From contig CM082586.2 of NCBI GenBank assembly GCA_040954595.2, forward strand, positions 10,943,337 to 11,007,336: a stretch of 64,000 bases of DNA. Reading direction: 5' to 3'. Below the pieces are notes generated by a model. That model was not told the DNA's origin, ran no database searches, and saw only the letters and a program-made list of their open reading frames with translations. Each line of letters begins with the position of its first letter. The first letter of the stretch is position 1. This DNA is from Balanoglossus misakiensis. Taxonomy: Eukaryota; Animalia; Hemichordata. Below are positions 61,501-64,000 of this stretch, piece by piece. A program made the translations under genes and the position numbers.

Positions 61501-63192
61501 GACCTTCTCTTTCTCTCGGAATACAGGATTTTGACGCAGAGTTTGCTTGTGTGAGTTTAATTTCACCTTTTCTGTCTCTCGGAATACAGGATTTTGACGC
61601 AGAGTGTAAATGCGTGATTTCAATTTGACCTTCTCTTTCTCTCGGAATACAGGATTTTGACGCAGAGTTTGCTTGTGTGAGTTTAATTTCACCTTCTCTT
61701 TCTCTTGGAATGAAGGATTTTGACGCAGGATTTGTATGTGTGATTGCAATTTTTCCTTTTCTCTCTTTCTATATTGTGGGTTTGCACGTATTGTTCTTTT
61801 TTGATATTGTTGAGATAACTTTTCTCTGTCTCTGTATTCCACATTCTGGCGCAATGTCTTTATATGTGCTTGCACTTTTGACTTTTCTCTCTCTTTGAAG
61901 TCAGGATTTTGTCTTTGTGCACATTTCCTCTCCTTGTCTCTCTTTCTTTCATTGGTTTTAAATGAAGGATCCTGTCTTTTCAACCGTTTGTATTCTCTGT
62001 CATATACCTTTCTTGATTTTCTTCTACATGAACCTGATGGAAGTGCATCAATGGTATTAGAAGTTTGCATACACTGTTTATTAGCTTGTAATTGTTTTTG
62101 TGACTCGAAATAGTTGTCTAACAGGTCTGAATGCCTTTGAGTCCGTTGATACAGTCTCTGAGAAGATGAACTCTCTATATGAATGGTTAATTCTTGAAGT
62201 TCATAAGGTGTCATGTTATTGAAGTAAAGGTTATGAAATAATGAATACAAATAGTTTGTTAAATCATTTAGAGTCGGAAAACTCAATACCATACTTGAAC
62301 CGTCAGAACATTGGAAACCATGTGAGTTTCGACTATGAGAATCAAATACGAAGTATTTGCCATCTGTTGCAGAAAGGGCCATGCTGTAGCCACCAAGTAT
62401 TAACATAACTGAGTTACTAGAATTGAACATGTTAATCATAGCATCTCTGAACACCATACATCCTTGTTCATCATAGTCAGACATACAGTCTAACATACCA
62501 AAGTACAGTCTTCCTTGTGTAATATTGAACTGCACAGAATTCATGTGAACAGTATTTGGCAATTCATCACACATTAGTATTTCAGAAAATAATTTATTAC
62601 TTGCTCTGAGGTCATTTGTGGTTTTAATGTATAAATTATCACCAGCATGTAAAATGTGATCTAAGTCATTAGATGTCAATGTCATCTCTCTTTCTTTTGA
62701 TATGCAAAGGAAAGCAAGGGCATTACAAGTACATTGTCTACCTCGTGAATTTATGCTGAAAATATCATTGCCTTGATGAAAACTACCTTGGAGTACACTG
62801 TCTATTGTGTAACTTTCCCAGTGTAAAGTGTGACTATTGTGAGAGGAGTATAATTCTTGTTTGTCATGTGCATCATTTGCACTGTAGTATACACAAGAGG
62901 AATTTTGATTTGACACACTGGTCGAAGAATTCTTATTGAAGGTTGTAACTGATTGAGTGGCATTAAAACTTTTGATAATGGTACTTGAAGATGTAGACAT
63001 ATTATTGCTGTATGGTTCTATGCTTGACGATATTGATGTATTGTTATTGGCATTGCCGTACGAATCTGACTTCTTGAATGTTCCTTGTAGCACAGGGTGT
63101 TTTACTTTACTGGATCCACCCAAACCAGAATCAGACCCAGCTGATATGATTGGTCCATCAGCCTGTTTAAAAATAAACAAGATAAGCGACAA
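55561..63192 (-). CDS. Helentron transposase: C76-like cysteine protease, basic repeats, Zn finger, HUH Rep, PIF1 helicase, AP endonuclease
   Basis: 2543 open codons. Protease QGSFHQG...QCTCNA...FDSHSR; Zn motifs CSSC/CNTC; Rep EFQQRGSPHIH, HKHSKTC, CRFGYP, YIVSYISK; helicase GGAGTGKS, IIDEISMV, GDLFQL, TIHKSQG; endonuclease NARSL, AESRL, GDFN, LDLIF, SDH. The track start is TTG; a likely splice acceptor ends at 63163. Confidence 0.95.
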   Translation of the reverse strand: MSLILFIFKQADGPIISAGSDSGLGGSSKVKHPVLQGTFKKSDSYGNANNNTSISSSIEPYSNNMSTSSSTIIKSFNATQSVTTFNKNSSTSVSNQNSSCVYYSANDAHDKQELYSSHNSHTLHWESYTIDSVLQGSFHQGNDIFSINSRGRQCTCNALAFLCISKEREMTLTSNDLDHILHAGDNLYIKTTNDLRASNKLFSEILMCDELPNTVHMNSVQFNITQGRLYFGMLDCMSDYDEQGCMVFRDAMINMFNSSNSVMLILGGYSMALSATDGKYFVFDSHSRNSHGFQCSDGSSMVLSFPTLNDLTNYLYSLFHNLYFNNMTPYELQELTIHIESSSSQRLYQRTQRHSDLLDNYFESQKQLQANKQCMQTSNTIDALPSGSCRRKSRKVYDREYKRLKRQDPSFKTNERKRDKERKCAQRQNPDFKEREKSKVQAHIKTLRQNVEYRDREKLSQQYQKRTIRANPQYRKREKEKLQSHIQILRQNPSFQEKEKVKLNSHKQTLRQNPVFREKEKVKLKSRIYTLRQNPVFRETEKVKLNSHKQTLRQNPVFREKEKVKLKSRINTLRQNPAFREKEKVKLNSHKQTLRQNPVFREKEKVKLKSRINTLRQNPAFREKEKVKLNSHKQTLRQNPAFREKEKVKLNSHKQTLRQNPAFREKEKVRFKAHIKTLRQNPAFREKEKPKLKEHIKSLRQNSTFRQNEKIQSQARIKTSRKSKTFKEHENKKQQIYRKMKRQDRNFRKKENLQKKFVKCSEKIQTFQIDKKQHVTHNGFSKHRGFETRQLCGESLQACINIFHRTVSQGPVYVCSSCHQTWFRKSVTPAAKLSERGIASKCLTAYTSVDNIEWVCNTCYRSISAGKIPRLSIANNVNFPDIPPQLQLHPLEERLIALRIPFMHMCSLPRGGQRSLSGPVVNIPTDITPTVNALPRMLDDSATIPVKLKRKLSYTRSEFTENIRPNKVMAALVWLMKNSVLYQNSGIPINHNWSQEFENTDNDMAVFIENTNTEQEQADDPESESDSDSDKFSEVDPAEGAVANMDTLLDDSDYRNQILTFAPGEGQRPLSLFNDTDAEYLAFPTIFCGQRRNIDQIHTSNVHYSDVCKWELRNVDRRVANSVPNMFFKVKKLQLKQISSKVHLALRRCKTEGRTYKVADLLNPERVSDLLRLDDGFYIFRDLRNSPPYLEKRKKDVFAMIRQLGLPTWFCSLSSADTKWIDLHQILGTLVDGKKYTADELKAMDWATKSRLLQSDPVTCARFFDHRIHEFINTVLRGPCDPLGKITDYFYRVEFQQRGSPHIHMLMWIENAPNYQQNTPTEVIDFIDIYVSCSSNVPSEMAEVLNLQTHKHSKTCRVKGKPVCRFGYPMPPMSETMILSPLNADPDEEQHYKQKYEEIKQKLDDMKEGKPISYDDFLSTELQISHDEYIKCIQSSLKTTTIFLKREPSDLRVNAYMKLLLSAWGANHDLQFVLDPYACAMYIVSYISKSQRGMSALLDQACKEARKGNMELKAQVRHIGNKFLNNVEISAQEAAYIILQLSLTKATRQVVFINTSPPDQRTFLLKSKTALENTPAESTDIESDNLIKRYARRPKALENWCLADYASKLRVTYSTKCTDNYPQDINDDDHDDPDLGVDSESDNMTSKINIILKNGMKIQERVNPCIIRYVNYSKKVDYENYCREKLLLYMPWRNESSDLLNSCATFQESYNHNKHIIAQTIDKYEHNSELIDQATTAAEQLDNDDLNAFDQIAPNTQHAERDDLEEGTTTPNDHFIYFQPDDQPEHTTYDIGVDIGMNTTVTTDDTSNVPGRIPDEQYHKLVRSLNVKQREIFHHVLKSVKTNHDPMHIFITGGAGTGKSVVIRAIYQALHRYLCSIAGESPLDCRLLLCAPTGKAAYHINGSTIHAAFKVPASQGYKYKPLDSDKLNTLRSKYQHLSVVIIDEISMVGHELLNFINLRLQQIKGNNQVFGGVSMITVGDLFQLKPVMDGWIFKDLTKEYGPLATNLWKEHFTMHELTQIMRQKDDEDFAQLLNRLREGRHTDEDISELQNYVISHDQPLNESIPHLYTTNAMVESHNDKVYQNATSHKLVVPALDTVIGDVSQQVKAQLLKTIPKDPSKTCGLLSQAPIAVGLRYDLTANVDVEDGMTNGASCVVQQIDHRMTGTPNNRPSIIWVQFDDKNVGLLRRHKYKHLHQPEIGKQLTPIFDIKRQFPTSKYYKHVSVMRIQFPLRPSAAKTIHKSQGDTLDKVIIHMGTRKIDHIHYVAISRVRTISGLQILELNKNKIAISEAVHNEMKRLRDDSQLQLCFKPLYALPHDHCKVVYQNARSLHKHFADLCSDHNIIAADVIGIAESRLTTNDTNEAYNLPNYLLFRNDQDVHIDNTAVNFTRPYHGLVLYVKDSYQVIHIKCHSTKVFEFIKANILIQNKLLQIIMIYKSPQCTIHTFKQQFQQYLLPLLDLTKPILIMGDFNFDILLPNTSTAFLHFMTSICNCRQLIKEETTDQHSALDLIFLNFFTTTYDTIENSWSDHKAVYAAIHPSQFT
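61060..61780 (-). repeat. 63-bp coding minisatellite (~11 units of LRQNPxFREKEKVKLxSxxxT)
   Basis: ttttgacgca recurs every 63 bp (~61088, 61151, 61214 ... 61718) in frame within the transposase. Confidence 0.92.
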
Positions 63193-64000
63193 TTAGAAAA
63201 TACAGTTACCTTTAATTTCCATCACATGTCCTTATTTGACCCCTGATGAGTACTATGACAATGAGAGCCAATGACAGGTCAATTTTGCGTCATATTCAAA
63301 TTGGTTTTGTGTATATCATGTACATATAAGTACTATCACTAGTATTTACATTGCAAATGTGTTCAATTAAGCTTTTGTATAAATTTGTTGTAATTTCAAT
63401 ACATTTTGCAAAATTTAGCTACTTGCATAATATTTGTATATCACATGTGGACAAAGACATTGCACAAATTAGTAACATGGCTATTGTCACGCCACCTCAT
63501 CAAAAACTACTAGCGGCACAGGGTTGGCCTGCCATAACATTGTCTTACACTCATGTTTCACAATCATTCGAAAGCTCATTGCAACATTGAAATTATATCA
63601 CCTACAAACCTCACCTTTCTACAAAGTTCCATATCAAATAAAACTTTCCCACATAAATCTTTTCCAGTTGAACCTTTTGAAACCACACACTTCACCTGAC
63701 AAATTTAGTCTGGAAAGTTGAACGTACCCTCTATCTACTCTGAAACTTCCAAGTTTAAAACAAACTTCAAAACTGGAAAAGGTTTGTGCCTATGACTTTT
63801 CCCATATAATTACATTGAGAATACCTAGAAAACTCACTTCTACTATTTCTATGAAATATTACACATAGCTCAATCAAATAGAAATAAATGCATCCATCAA
63901 ATATCGTTTGGTCACTGTATTTTTTTTAGATAAACTTTACAAGTGTTTCGCCCATAGATACACCCTCACTGAATATGCTGACTCAGCAATTTTCCTCAAT

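Larger units (their letters stand above)
50629..64000 (-). mobile_element. Autonomous-type Helentron (Helitron2); far end lies outside the window
   Basis: Rep/helicase/endonuclease ORF on the minus strand. Terminus 50629-50656 is identical to the HINE termini. The extent beyond ~63200 is inferred from the absence of a second terminus or resumed satellite. Confidence 0.88.

Overview
This is eukaryotic DNA, most likely animal; no bacterial genes, rRNA, tRNA or CRISPR array can be supported. About 31.7 kb is one unidirectional, A-tract-rich 78-bp satellite (1-50628) with local higher-order duplications, interrupted by three kinds of mobile element. (1) Two ~1.0-1.25 kb non-autonomous Helentron/HINE (DINE-1-like) elements at 24011-25028 and 26011-27266. 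(2) A head-to-tail array of three Ngaro/PAT-type tyrosine-recombinase retrotransposon units (gag, RT, RNase H, YR) with split direct repeats at 31283-47925. (3) An autonomous-looking Helentron (Helitron2) on the minus strand from 50629 past the window end. It encodes a ~2500-aa protein (C76-like cysteine protease, 21-aa basic repeats, HUH Rep, PIF1 helicase, AP endonuclease) and a four-exon RPA70-like OB-fold gene that the ORF track misses. The Helentron and both HINEs share an identical 28-bp terminus and abut the same position of the satellite monomer, which suggests a satellite-targeting rolling-circle family. All calls come from reading motifs by eye; no database searches were run.
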